Assembly (NCBI GenBank): GCA_019636915.1
Contig: JAHBWQ010000001.1
Coordinates: 1-61,360, forward strand
DNA: 61,360 nt
Source: Nitrospira sp.
GTDB taxonomy: Bacteria; Nitrospirota; Nitrospiria; Nitrospirales; Nitrospiraceae
Direction of reading: 5' to 3'
Below are positions 48,817-60,521 of the stretch, piece after piece. Each line of letters starts with the position of its first letter. Position 1 is the stretch's first letter. The notes under the pieces were generated by a model. That model made no database searches and was not told where the DNA came from. It was given only the letters and a program-made list of their open reading frames with translations. The position numbers and the translations under genes were made by a program.

Positions 48817-49644
48817 ATGAGTGCTGGTCGGCATGATTCCCTCTCTAACATGAACATTCCTCCTGCTCCTCGTTGGGGTCTTCCCAAGCACGACTTTTGG
48901 TCCACCCCGTTCGCTGAGTCGTTACTGCTACACCTCGACCTTCGATCAGGCCTGAGAATCCTCGATATCGCCTCCGGTCACGGCATCCCTGCCTTTTATT
49001 TAGCCGAACAGGTTGGTCCTACTGGAGAGATACTGGCCATTGATCTGAGTGCTGGACAAGTTGCCCGCGCAAAGGCCATTCAAGGTGCGCAATTACCACG
49101 GCTCCGATTCGAATGCATGGATATGCGTTCCCTACCTCCGGATCTGCCACTATTTGATCGCATTACAGGAAACCTCTCCGTGATGTTCTTCCGCCCCGAT
49201 CGATTTCAAGCAGTTCAAGGGCTGGTGACGCACCTCGCACCAGGAGGGCAGATTGTCCTGACCTTTCCTTCCTATGGTACTTTTGATTCTCTATGGCAGC
49301 GAGTGGATACGGCAATGATCCAGCAGGGGCTGCTCAAGGAGCGAGAACGCTTCCAGGCCTATCTGTATGAACGACCATCGGCACAGGAAGGACAAACGTG
49401 GTTGGAGAAGCTTGATCTTGAGCGAATTGGAGCCATTGAATACCCGCTTGAAGTAAAAACTGGCCCTGGCCAAGAATTTCTCTATCACCCACTCCTGCGT
49501 GGTGGATTTCTCGACGACGTGTATGAATGTTTTGAGGATGAACGGCGTGCGGAGGAATTCATGGTGAAGCTATCAGAGGACGTCCAAAGCTTCACACCGC
49601 TTATTGCCCAGCGCTGTGTCCTATCAGGATGGAAAAAGAATTGA
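48817..49644 (+). CDS. Class I SAM-dependent methyltransferase
   Basis: ILDIASGHG, IDLS and LAPGG motifs. Confidence 0.88.
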   Translation: MSAGRHDSLSNMNIPPAPRWGLPKHDFWSTPFAESLLLHLDLRSGLRILDIASGHGIPAFYLAEQVGPTGEILAIDLSAGQVARAKAIQGAQLPRLRFECMDMRSLPPDLPLFDRITGNLSVMFFRPDRFQAVQGLVTHLAPGGQIVLTFPSYGTFDSLWQRVDTAMIQQGLLKERERFQAYLYERPSAQEGQTWLEKLDLERIGAIEYPLEVKTGPGQEFLYHPLLRGGFLDDVYECFEDERRAEEFMVKLSEDVQSFTPLIAQRCVLSGWKKN

Positions 49645-49646
49645 CC

Positions 49647-50561
49647 TCAATCTGAGGAGACCTGCTGCTCCGCATGATATGAGCTACGGACGAGTGGACC
49701 GGATTCGATATGGCTGAAACCCATGGCAAGCCCTTCTTCTTTCAGCAGTGCAAATTCGGAGAGATCGTAGAATCTGGCAACGGGCAGATGCTCTCTGGTC
49801 GGTTGGAGATATTGGCCGATGGTCATGATGTCACAATCAACTGATCGGAGGTCGCGCATCACCTCGTAAGCTTCATCGAGTGTCTCTCCCATACCCAGGA
49901 TCAAGCCCGATTTCGTTTTCATTCCATGCTGCTTCGCCCTCGCAAGCAAGTCGATGGACCGCTGATATTTCCCTTGAGGGCGGATTGATGGGAACAACCG
50001 TCTGACAGTTTCAATATTGTGATTCAGAATCTCCGGCTTCTCCTCGCAAATCGTCGCAAGCGCCTCTTCGTTACCTTCAAAGTCCGGGATCAACACTTCA
50101 ATGGTACAGATGGGATTCAGGCGTTTGGTCTGCTTGATTGTTTCTGCAAAGACCGATGCCCCACCATCACCTAATTCGTCGCGATTGACCGAGGTAATCA
50201 CCGCATGGCGTAATCCCAACGCATGGACAGCTTCTGCAACCCGGCTTGGTTCATCTTGATCTACCGAATGCGGCCTTCCAGTCTCCACGGAACAGTAGTG
50301 ACAGCGCCTGGTGCAGATATCGCCGAGGATCAGGAACGTCGCAGTACGGGCATTCCAACATTCCCAGCGGTTCGGACAACGAGCCTCTTCACAAATCGTG
50401 TGGAGCTTGAGCCGTTCCATGGTCTGTTTGAGATCGAGATAATCAGGACCGGTCTTCGCTGTGACCTTGAACCAAGCAGGAAGACGGGGAGCACTGATCG
50501 TTGATGGGTGAGGGGCGGTAGAACAGGAGGACCGGAGATGATCAAGAGGGACAAAGCTCAT
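49647..50561 (-). CDS. lipA: Lipoyl synthase
   Basis: CEEARCPNRWEC (CX4CX5C), CTRRCHYC (radical SAM) and VRSSY motifs. Confidence 0.97.
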   Translation of the reverse strand: MSFVPLDHLRSSCSTAPHPSTISAPRLPAWFKVTAKTGPDYLDLKQTMERLKLHTICEEARCPNRWECWNARTATFLILGDICTRRCHYCSVETGRPHSVDQDEPSRVAEAVHALGLRHAVITSVNRDELGDGGASVFAETIKQTKRLNPICTIEVLIPDFEGNEEALATICEEKPEILNHNIETVRRLFPSIRPQGKYQRSIDLLARAKQHGMKTKSGLILGMGETLDEAYEVMRDLRSVDCDIMTIGQYLQPTREHLPVARFYDLSEFALLKEEGLAMGFSHIESGPLVRSSYHAEQQVSSD

Positions 50562-50567
50562 GGTTGG

Positions 50568-50933
50568 TTACCCATTAGTAGAGCGCGGCGTAAACCAGTT
50601 CTTGATCTTCCCAAAGAAACCAGATCGCTCCGGCTCAGCCTGTGGAGGATCCGGATATTCTACCCAGAGCTCTTGGGAACCCAGATAGACGCCATTGCGA
50701 AAACTCCGCTGGGTTTTGAGCTGTCGGTAGCCTTGCGCATGTAAGGTTTGGATCAAGACCGTGAGTGCATCGTCCTGAGACGGGTGGACGTCTGTTGCAA
50801 CGCGAATAGTTTCGTACCGCAAGACAGCCCGATAGCCCTCCCCTGCCTGCTCACACTCGACCGGACGGCTAAATCCCCGCTCTCTGTTATCCAGCCCGGC
50901 GAGTTGATGCTTGTCAAACCCACCCTGCGTCAT
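50568..50933 (-). CDS. Hypothetical protein
   Basis: Tightly spaced in a co-oriented run; plausible composition. Confidence 0.7.
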   Translation of the reverse strand: MTQGGFDKHQLAGLDNRERGFSRPVECEQAGEGYRAVLRYETIRVATDVHPSQDDALTVLIQTLHAQGYRQLKTQRSFRNGVYLGSQELWVEYPDPPQAEPERSGFFGKIKNWFTPRSTNG

Positions 50934-50936
50934 GAT

Positions 50937-51308
50937 TCATGCTAACGCCCGGTAGACAGCCACCAGATCACTGAGTGCAATGGTCTTGCTCTTAAGGACG
51001 GCTCGTTCAGCCTGTATGGCTTCACGGGTCTTCGCATCGTCCGCACCGAGCTTCAAACAAGACGCACCCAAATGCAGGATTCGGTCGCACTCATCGGCGA
51101 GTTTCCGCTTTACGACCGGATTGACTGACAGAATTTCCATCAGTTGTCGGCGAGTCTCATCCAAATGCATTTGCAATTCTGAATCTGGATACCCTTTCCG
51201 AGCGGCTTCATCGGTACAGCGATCGAGATACTGCGTCAGAAATACATAGAGGCGTACGAGCGCTGCGGCGATCTCGGTCTGATCAGTCGATGAAATAGAC
51301 ATTGTCAC
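50937..51308 (-). CDS. Hypothetical helical protein
   Basis: aaggag RBS; tight operon spacing. Confidence 0.7.
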   Translation of the reverse strand: MTMSISSTDQTEIAAALVRLYVFLTQYLDRCTDEAARKGYPDSELQMHLDETRRQLMEILSVNPVVKRKLADECDRILHLGASCLKLGADDAKTREAIQAERAVLKSKTIALSDLVAVYRALA

Positions 51309-51344
51309 ACTCCTTCATTGGTACAGCCCGCTTCACGTACCGGG

Positions 51345-51650
51345 CTAGAGCAACACTTTCACGTCACTGCCTTCTACTTTCACCTGATAGGCTTCCACCT
51401 TGGCGGATGGATTGTTCACGCACGCGCCGGAGGTCACATCAAACCGCCACCCATGCCACGGGCAGGTGACGACGTTACCTTCCAACTCGCCTTCCCCCAA
51501 GGGCCCCTCCCGATGGCAACAAGTATTATTAATCGCGTGGATCGTCCCATCCACATTAAAGACAGCCAGTGTCTTCCCCTGTGCTTCCGCCACAATTCCG
51601 TGCCCAGGCTTGATATCCGCTAATGCCGCGACCCGTACGAACTCCGCCAT
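51345..51650 (-). CDS. Rieske [2Fe-2S] ferredoxin
   Basis: CCHREGPL...VTCPWHGWRFD (CxH...CxxH). Confidence 0.93.
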   Translation of the reverse strand: MAEFVRVAALADIKPGHGIVAEAQGKTLAVFNVDGTIHAINNTCCHREGPLGEGELEGNVVTCPWHGWRFDVTSGACVNNPSAKVEAYQVKVEGSDVKVLL

Positions 51651-51674
51651 AGCTTCCCTCCAACGTCAGGCCGA

Positions 51675-52550
51675 TCAATTCGTGCTGAACGGCTGCTTGA
51701 TCTTCTTGAGTAAACTGTCGATCGACGAACCGCTGTTCCCGCTACCTTTCAGCTGATCCATGAGCTTCTGGGCGATATCTCGAAACGCCTGGGCCTGTGG
51801 CGAGGCCGGATCAGCCACGACGATCGGATGACCGGTATCTCCACCATCGCGAATCGCGGGATCGATGGGGATTCGCCCCAGGAATGGGACACCGACTTTA
51901 GCCGCTGCCCGTTCTCCACCTCCATGCGAGAAAATCTCTGTCCGCTCATGGCAATGACTACAGACAAAGTAGCTCATGTTCTCGACAATCCCCAAGAGCG
52001 GCACATTCACCTTCTGAAACATGGCCATGCCCTTACGGACATCATACAAGGCGACTTCTTGCGGCGTGGTCACGGTAATGGCACCGGCCAACGGCACCAT
52101 CTGTGACAAGGAAAGTTGCACATCACCTGTACCAGGCGGCAAATCAATCAACAAATACTCCAGTTCACCCCAGAGTACATCGCGGAAGAAGGCTTGGAGA
52201 TACTGATGCACCATCGGCCCACGCCACACCAACGGAGCTTCTTCCGGCACCAGAAAGGCCATGGAGATGAGCTTCACCCCGTGATTCTCGACGGGAACGA
52301 TCTTGCCGTCTTTTTGTTCTGGTCCAGTGGTGCTTCCCATCATCATCGGAATGTTGGGGCCATACAGATCCGCATCCAATAGACCAACCTTTGCACCGGC
52401 AACCGCCAGCGCACAGGCCAGATTTGCGGCAACGGTAGATTTGCCGACGCCACCCTTTCCACTGCTCACTGCGATGACGTGTTTGACTCCAGGGATCAAA
52501 TTATCTTTTGCCTGGGGCTGCTGTGCCCCATGACCATGTTCATCAGCCAT
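51675..52550 (-). CDS. apbC: Mrp/ApbC (NBP35) Fe-S cluster carrier ATPase
   Basis: SGKGGVGKST, DADLYGP, WRGPM, DLPPGTGD and ENMSYFVCSHC motifs; start at ATG 52550 (MADEHGHG). Confidence 0.92.
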   Translation of the reverse strand: MADEHGHGAQQPQAKDNLIPGVKHVIAVSSGKGGVGKSTVAANLACALAVAGAKVGLLDADLYGPNIPMMMGSTTGPEQKDGKIVPVENHGVKLISMAFLVPEEAPLVWRGPMVHQYLQAFFRDVLWGELEYLLIDLPPGTGDVQLSLSQMVPLAGAITVTTPQEVALYDVRKGMAMFQKVNVPLLGIVENMSYFVCSHCHERTEIFSHGGGERAAAKVGVPFLGRIPIDPAIRDGGDTGHPIVVADPASPQAQAFRDIAQKLMDQLKGSGNSGSSIDSLLKKIKQPFSTN

Positions 52551-52716
52551 ATCTCTTCTCCCATCTGATTGGACTCGTCGTTCATTACTATGCACTGACA
52601 CAGACATCGAGCCGCCATGACACACCGATTTAATATCATAAACGATGGAATACGAAAAATAATATGGGTCGGTCGGGCTATCCGTGATATGCCGACCGGG
52701 GAAGGTCGGGTGATGG

Positions 52717-53580
52717 TCAATACACCGAGGAATCGAGCCGGCGCAGCTTGCTGGCCAAGCCAACCAGTGACAAGGCATAGATGATCCACTTGGACGGATC
52801 GAAATTGTACCACTGCGGGCCGTTGCGGTAGTCGCGGGCATAGGTATGGTGATAATTGTGGTAGCCTTCGCCAAAGCTGATGAAAGAGATCAGCCAGCTG
52901 TCGCGGCTGCTGTCCTGCGTGCCGTGGGGCTGCCTGCCGATCATATGGCAGAGGGAATTGACGGTGAAGGTCGAATTGAGGACCATGAACATCCGAAACA
53001 GCCCGCCCATGAGAAGCCCACTGATGCCGCCCCAAAGGGTACCATGCCACCAGAATCCGATACAGAACGGGACGACAAGGCCGGAAGCGACGATCGGCCA
53101 GTAGTACTGGTGTTGCCAGAGAATCACCGGGTCTCGGCGCAGCCGAATTTCATATTTACCGAGGCGGTGCGGCGTATTGTAGAAGAGCCAGCCGCAGTGG
53201 CTGTGCCAGAATCCTCTGGTCGCATTATAGGGATCTTCATCCGTGTCTGTGCGAGCATGATGGCGGATATGGTCCGCACCCCAGACCAACGCCGAGTTTT
53301 GTAAGGCCCACCCGCCGGCGATCAAAGCCAGGCCCTTTACCCAATCGGGACAGTCAAAACTTTGATGCGCCACCAGCCGGTGATAACCGACCGTGATCCC
53401 CAGCCCTGTCACGATGTACATGACAAAAAAATGTATCCAGTCAAACAGCGTATAGCCGATATAGTACCCATAGAGGCATACGCCGACGACCGTCACGGCA
53501 ACGATTGCGCAGAAGAGCGCGCACGTGATGTAGGAAAACCCTGACGTCGGGTGTGATGCGAGCGGATCCGTCTCGACCAT
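52717..53580 (-). CDS. Membrane fatty-acid desaturase (Delta9-type family)
   Basis: His boxes HRLVAH, HIRHH and HNYHH; TDTDEDPY; NSLCH; start taken at ATG 53580. Confidence 0.93.
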   Translation of the reverse strand: MVETDPLASHPTSGFSYITCALFCAIVAVTVVGVCLYGYYIGYTLFDWIHFFVMYIVTGLGITVGYHRLVAHQSFDCPDWVKGLALIAGGWALQNSALVWGADHIRHHARTDTDEDPYNATRGFWHSHCGWLFYNTPHRLGKYEIRLRRDPVILWQHQYYWPIVASGLVVPFCIGFWWHGTLWGGISGLLMGGLFRMFMVLNSTFTVNSLCHMIGRQPHGTQDSSRDSWLISFISFGEGYHNYHHTYARDYRNGPQWYNFDPSKWIIYALSLVGLASKLRRLDSSVY

Positions 53581-53778
53581 GTGTCCTGTGGTCAACAACC
53601 CCAACGAGGTCCACCATGGCAAACGGGCTTCGGTGAACGTGTTGCAGACGCCGCACTGTAACGGAACCACTGCGCGTTTTCAACCAGCCGATGGACAGGA
53701 TCGCTCACACATGATCTCCGTGGCAGTCGTTGGGAGTATACTACCCATAGGAGCAGGGACGACCAGGAAAGAGGCGGC

Positions 53779-56727
53779 ATGACGACGAATCCATCGGCGC
53801 GCGAACCAGTCATACTCCGAATCGGACAACACCTGGCCCAGTTGTCCGCCGGTCGTACCCCGACCGTCTTCGACAGTCGCTGGTGGTCACAAAGCGTGAT
53901 CAACCTGGCGATGAAAGATCCCACGTTCAAAGTGCAGCTATTCCGGTTTATCGATGTGCTCCCCGCCGTCGCTTCGGATCAGGCCATCGTGCGGATGGCG
54001 GACGAATACTTTGGAGCACTCCATGGTCAAGTGTTCGGACTGCAATGGGGCCTCAAGGCGTTGGCGGCGACGAGTGTCGGGGCCACCATCACGGGGAAAT
54101 CCATCCGTCATCAGATCGAGCAGATGGCGCGCATCTTCATTGCCGGGGGTTCGGTGGAAGAGGCACTCCCCGTCCTGGCGAACCTCTGGAAAGACGGACG
54201 TGCCTGGTCGGTGGATTTGCTCGGCGAGGCCACGATCAGCGACATCGAGGCGGACCGGTATCGGGATCGATGCCTCGACGCCTTGACGCTACTAGGCAAG
54301 ACCGTCGACACATGGCCGTCGTCGACGATGTTGGAACAGGATCATCTCGGCTCGCTGCCGCGGGCACAACTTTCTCTGAAGATCTCCGCGTTGACCTCGC
54401 GGTTAGACCCGATCGATCCCGTCGGCACCTATCGGGCCGTGGCGGCCCGGATACACCCGATCGTGGAACAGGCGGCGACCCTCGGGTGCGGATTGATCTT
54501 TGATATGGAGCAAGCGGAGACGAAAACCTTGCTGCTCGAGATGTTCAGGAACCTCTTCGACGAACCGGCGTTTCGGACCTTTCCCCACGCCGGCGTGGCG
54601 ATGCAAGCCTATCATCGGGAAGCCGACCAGGACATTCGATCCCTCATCGCCTGGGCGGAACGACGGAACTGTCCGATCACGATTCGACTGGTGAAGGGGG
54701 CCTATTGGGATTCGGACACGGTGCGCTACCGCCAGGCGGGGTGGCCGGTCCCACTGTTCGAGCACAAGGCGGAGACCGACGCGAACTATGAGGCACTTGT
54801 GCCCTTGCTCCTGAACCACCGTCAGGTCATCCGCCCGGCATTCGGGACGCACAATCTACGAACCTTGGCCGTCATCGAAGCGGAGGCGGACGCGCACCGG
54901 TGCGGCCCGGAGACGGTCGAATATCAGATGATTTACGGCATGGCGGAACCGTTTCAGCATGCGATGGTCGCGCATGGCCGGCGAGTGCGATTGTATACGC
55001 CGGTCGGCCGATTACTACCGGGGATGGCCTATCTGGTCCGGCGATTACTGGAAAATACGTCGAACGAATCGTTTCTACGGAAGGAGTACGTGGAGTCGCA
55101 GTCATTGGCGACCCTCCTCACTCCGCCGATGGTCCCCGCTTCCACATTGCCACGATCCAGAGAGGACGATTCGTTTTTCAATGAGCCGCACAGCGATTTT
55201 TCCCGGCAGGAAATCCGTACGGCCATGCAGACCGCAATCGACCGGGTGCGAACCGATCTGGGGCGGACCTGGCCGTCGACCGTTCGGTGGAAGCGGCTGA
55301 CCGGTCCCCTGATGGCGTCGCACAACCCCACACGGCCTGACGAACTCGTCGCGACCGTTCAGGCGGCTTCACCGGTCGACGTGGTTGCCGCGGTCGGCGC
55401 TGCGGTGGCAGCGGGCGCAGCATGGGGACAACGGCCCGCAGTGGAACGGATCGCCGTGATGCGACGCGCGGCTGGATTCATGCGCGAGCGCCGGTATGAC
55501 CTGGCTTCCTGGGAACTGTTCGAAGTCGGAAAGCCCTGGCGGGAAGCCGACGCCGACGTGGCGGAGGCCATCGACTTCTTGGAGTTCTACGCCCAGCAGA
55601 TGACGCGTCTCAGCGAGCCGCTACGACTCGGACATTACCCCGGAGAACTGAATCAGCGGTGGTATCGTCCTCGTGGCGTGGCCGCGGTGATCGCGCCCTG
55701 GAACTTTCCGTTGGCGATTCCAGCCGGCATGATCAGTGCGGCCCTGGTCACCGGCAACGCAGTACTCTTTAAACCTTCCGAGCGTGCTTCCTTGTTGGGA
55801 GTGCTGTTGACGGACCTGTTCCATGAAGCCGGTGTGCCGACAGATGTTTTGTCCTGCCTTCCCGGTGGCCCTGAGATCGGACGGGCATTGTCCCAGCGAC
55901 CGGAAATCGCCACGATCGCCTTCACCGGATCGAAGGATGTGGGACTGGGGTTATGGGCTGACGCCGCGACGGTCCACCCCGGTCAAACACTGGTGAGGCG
56001 GGTGATCACGGAGATGGGTGGTAAAAACGCCATCATCGTCGACGACACGGCAGATCTCGACGAAGCCATCGCCGGCGTGGTCGCATCCTTCACGGGCTAC
56101 GCGGGGCAGAAGTGTTCGGCTTGTTCCCGCGCCATCGTGCTAGACAGCGTCTACGATCAGTTTCTTACGCGGCTGCGTGATGCCGTGATGAGTCTCACGC
56201 TGGGCGACCCGTGCGATCCCGGCACGCAGATCGGTCCCGTGATCGATGACCGGGCGAAGCGACGCATCGAAGAATTCATCACGTTGGGTATGGCAACGCA
56301 TCGGGTGATCGTTCGCCGTGCTACGGAAGGACCGGGGTACTTCGTAAGCCCGACCGTATTCGCCGATGTCGGGCCAGACGATCGGTTGGCACAGGAAGAA
56401 ATCTTCGGCCCAGTGCTGGTGGTCATGAAAGCGACGACCTTGGCTGAGGCACTGGAGATGGCCAACGCGACAAGATATGCCCTGACCGGCGGAATCTATT
56501 CACGAAGCCCCGCCAACCTCGCCATGGCCCGTGAGCAGTTCGATGTAGGAAACCTCTATGTGAACCGCCCCATCACCGGGGCGCTCGTCTCTCGGCAACC
56601 CTTCGGGGGACACCGTTTATCAGGGGTAGGCGCGAAAGCCGGCGGGGAAGACTACTTGGCTCAGTTCATGATCACCCGCATCACGAGTGAAAATACCCTC
56701 CGACGGGGATTCGAATCGACTCAGTGA
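53779..56727 (+). CDS. putA: Bifunctional proline dehydrogenase / P5C dehydrogenase
   Basis: LFRFIDVLP, RLVKGAYWD, AYLVRRLLEN, EMGGKNA, AGQKCSA and EEIFGPV motifs. Confidence 0.95.
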   Translation: MTTNPSAREPVILRIGQHLAQLSAGRTPTVFDSRWWSQSVINLAMKDPTFKVQLFRFIDVLPAVASDQAIVRMADEYFGALHGQVFGLQWGLKALAATSVGATITGKSIRHQIEQMARIFIAGGSVEEALPVLANLWKDGRAWSVDLLGEATISDIEADRYRDRCLDALTLLGKTVDTWPSSTMLEQDHLGSLPRAQLSLKISALTSRLDPIDPVGTYRAVAARIHPIVEQAATLGCGLIFDMEQAETKTLLLEMFRNLFDEPAFRTFPHAGVAMQAYHREADQDIRSLIAWAERRNCPITIRLVKGAYWDSDTVRYRQAGWPVPLFEHKAETDANYEALVPLLLNHRQVIRPAFGTHNLRTLAVIEAEADAHRCGPETVEYQMIYGMAEPFQHAMVAHGRRVRLYTPVGRLLPGMAYLVRRLLENTSNESFLRKEYVESQSLATLLTPPMVPASTLPRSREDDSFFNEPHSDFSRQEIRTAMQTAIDRVRTDLGRTWPSTVRWKRLTGPLMASHNPTRPDELVATVQAASPVDVVAAVGAAVAAGAAWGQRPAVERIAVMRRAAGFMRERRYDLASWELFEVGKPWREADADVAEAIDFLEFYAQQMTRLSEPLRLGHYPGELNQRWYRPRGVAAVIAPWNFPLAIPAGMISAALVTGNAVLFKPSERASLLGVLLTDLFHEAGVPTDVLSCLPGGPEIGRALSQRPEIATIAFTGSKDVGLGLWADAATVHPGQTLVRRVITEMGGKNAIIVDDTADLDEAIAGVVASFTGYAGQKCSACSRAIVLDSVYDQFLTRLRDAVMSLTLGDPCDPGTQIGPVIDDRAKRRIEEFITLGMATHRVIVRRATEGPGYFVSPTVFADVGPDDRLAQEEIFGPVLVVMKATTLAEALEMANATRYALTGGIYSRSPANLAMAREQFDVGNLYVNRPITGALVSRQPFGGHRLSGVGAKAGGEDYLAQFMITRITSENTLRRGFESTQ

Positions 56728-57515
56728 CCCTTGGCGGGTTTGATCTCGTACTCTTCCAGCTCCTCCATAATCTCCGTCACCACACCACGGTCCTCTTTAA
56801 TGGCGGACAATTCCTGGCGCTCGGTATATTTCACAAGGCCGACCCCTTTGGCGAACCAGGCCGTCATGACATCGATGCCTGACACGGTGCGCTTGCTGTC
56901 GGATAGATGAATGTGCATATTCATGCGCGCTTCAACCTTGACGGCGTCCTGAAACGTTCCGGCCGGAACCGTGACAATATCGCGACTGATCACCTTGCTC
57001 CACCCCTGCGTATCCACCCTTTCGTCCGTTCCGTCACGATCCATGTCGCTTCCGAAGTCGAGCCCCGTTCGATCAAACTGTTGGAACGAAGACGGGACTT
57101 TGAGGGGAAACCGGAAAATCTGATAGGGGGTGATCTGCTTCTCCAGCGGCGTGCCCGGCTCCGATCCATAATAGACGATCCCGACCACATCGCGGCGATA
57201 AAAACTATCCGAATCTCCATGATTGCCCGGGTTCGTATCGTGAAAAACGGTCACCGCCACCCCATTGAGGGTCTTGGTTCCCGAAACCGTGGAAACATTC
57301 TCGAAAAACTTCCGTTCAATCGTCTGCAACGGTCCCTCGGTGATCTGACCACGATAGGTCCAACGACTGCCGACCGTATCAGGGAAATACTCCTCGGACT
57401 TGGCAATCGTGAAGGGCTCTTCCGCCCCACCAACCCCAGGCCAGGTCAAGAGACCGAACAGCAAACAGACTCCCACTTGCAAGACCAATCGCATAGCCAC
57501 TCCAGGTTTCATCAT
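56721..57515 (-). CDS. Exported hypothetical protein (TVPAGTF...WFAKGVGLVK type)
   Basis: Signal peptide; YFP..GSRWTY, VTVPAGTF and WFAKGVGLVK motifs. Confidence 0.75.
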   Translation of the reverse strand: MMKPGVAMRLVLQVGVCLLFGLLTWPGVGGAEEPFTIAKSEEYFPDTVGSRWTYRGQITEGPLQTIERKFFENVSTVSGTKTLNGVAVTVFHDTNPGNHGDSDSFYRRDVVGIVYYGSEPGTPLEKQITPYQIFRFPLKVPSSFQQFDRTGLDFGSDMDRDGTDERVDTQGWSKVISRDIVTVPAGTFQDAVKVEARMNMHIHLSDSKRTVSGIDVMTAWFAKGVGLVKYTERQELSAIKEDRGVVTEIMEELEEYEIKPAKGH

Positions 57516-57607
57516 TTCAGTGCACTACAGAGACGTGATTTTCACGGTACCATAGCTATCACAATAGCGGCAAGCCGATCGGTACTCTATCAAGATACGC
57601 CTTGTGC

Positions 57608-57636
57608 TTGCCTTGACTAGCCTCTCGCCGCATAAT
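57608..57636 (+). promoter_or_regulatory. Putative sigma70 promoter of SDR-bioD
   Basis: TTGCCT-17 nt-CATAAT, 11 nt before the ATG. Confidence 0.45.
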
Positions 57637-57647
57637 CCTCGCCAGAT

Positions 57648-58424
57648 ATGGAAAATCAGACATTCCCGACACCAGCGGTAATAGGTCAACGAGAAAAACA
57701 AGCTAATCCTCCATCCGTCCTCGTCACCGGAGCTTCAGGAGGGATCGGTCGAGCGATCAGTCAGGCCTTTGGACAGATTGGATGGTATGTGGGCGTCCAT
57801 TACTATCAGAACAAATCGGCAGCCGAAGCGACATTGAACCAACTCCGCAAGGTCGGAGGAACCGGTGAGGCCTACGCCGCGGACATTCGGAAACCAGAGT
57901 CCGTTCGCCGCATGTTCGATCAATTCTCCCGCGATACCCATGGCCCCGTCGCCGTAATCTGTAACGCCGGAATCGGACAGAGCGAATTGCTTGTGCGTCA
58001 TGCGGACGACATCTGGGACGATGTCATCGCCACGAATCTCACCGGCACGTTTCACTGTTTGCGAACCAGCGCACCTCTCTTGCTCGCGCGCGGCGGAGGC
58101 TCCATCATAGTCATCGGCTCGCACACCGGATTCCACGGCGCGAGGGGACAGAGTGCCTATGCTACATCGAAAGCGGGGCTGATTGGGTTAGTCAAATCGG
58201 CCGCGTTGGAATGGGGGCCGCAGAACATTCGGGTGAATCTCGTGTTGCCGGGATGGCAAAAGACCGACTTGACGGAGGGAATATTCCCCGAAGACAAAGG
58301 CTGGCTCGATCATGCCTTACGCCGGCCGGCTGCGCTTGACGAAGTCGTCGGCACGATCGTGCATCTGGCTCAACTCAAGGATACCTCTGGACAGGTGTGG
58401 AACAGCGATAGCCGGCATCTATAA
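57648..58424 (+). CDS. FabG-like short-chain dehydrogenase/reductase
   Basis: TGASGGIG, NAG and YATSK motifs. Confidence 0.9.
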   Translation: MENQTFPTPAVIGQREKQANPPSVLVTGASGGIGRAISQAFGQIGWYVGVHYYQNKSAAEATLNQLRKVGGTGEAYAADIRKPESVRRMFDQFSRDTHGPVAVICNAGIGQSELLVRHADDIWDDVIATNLTGTFHCLRTSAPLLLARGGGSIIVIGSHTGFHGARGQSAYATSKAGLIGLVKSAALEWGPQNIRVNLVLPGWQKTDLTEGIFPEDKGWLDHALRRPAALDEVVGTIVHLAQLKDTSGQVWNSDSRHL

Positions 58425-58472
58425 TGGGAACGTATCTTGTGATGAGACGCTCGTTCCGTCGATCGCGAGTCA

Positions 58473-59922
<1,450 letters not shown>

Positions 59923-59927
59923 AGCAA

Positions 59928-60521
59928 TTATCGTGTGGCCTGTTCGAGAAGCTTCTGCTTGACGAGACGGAAGTGCGTTTCCAATTCTTGTCTGGTCACC
60001 ATCGCCACAAGCCAATCAGGCACCATGAAGGCCGGCTGAACAACCAGCTCGAAACCTGCCGACGTCTGATTCCCATCTCCCACCGGCTGCAACGTCCACA
60101 CCCGATGATAGCGCTTGAAATCGCCGGCCTTGAGATCCGTGGACAGGACACCGTTCGACAAAGCCCTTGATTCCGTCACCAGTCGGTGTTCACCCGGCAT
60201 CACAGAATGTGTAATGCGCAGATCGACGGTCGCCACCCCCTCGTGAACGTTCACCTCAGCCACCCGCATGGGTGTTTCAAATAACTCGGGCCAGTGCTGA
60301 TAATCGGTCAACAACACTTGAACGATCGCCGGTTTGGCTGGGAAGAGCACTTTGGCCGTCGCCCGAACTCCACCCTTTGGCTCGATCGTGACATCCAGGC
60401 GATCAGTATCCGCTGCCCATGCACCACCTGGCCCTGCGACGAACGTCGACGGAAGACTCTGACTGATCAGCAGACACAGGACCACCAGTAGGACAGCACT
60501 GCGTCTATCCCACAATCGCAT
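59928..60521 (-). CDS. Exported SRPBCC/START-like protein
   Basis: Signal peptide; VLLTDYQHWPELF and GDFKRYHRVWTL motifs; start at ATG 60521. Confidence 0.7.
   Translation of the reverse strand: MRLWDRRSAVLLVVLCLLISQSLPSTFVAGPGGAWAADTDRLDVTIEPKGGVRATAKVLFPAKPAIVQVLLTDYQHWPELFETPMRVAEVNVHEGVATVDLRITHSVMPGEHRLVTESRALSNGVLSTDLKAGDFKRYHRVWTLQPVGDGNQTSAGFELVVQPAFMVPDWLVAMVTRQELETHFRLVKQKLLEQATR

Noticed and set aside
48817-49644. Methyltransferase as BioC or a fatty-acid methylase
   Set aside because: Only generic SAM motifs are present, and it is not in an operon with bioD or the desaturase.
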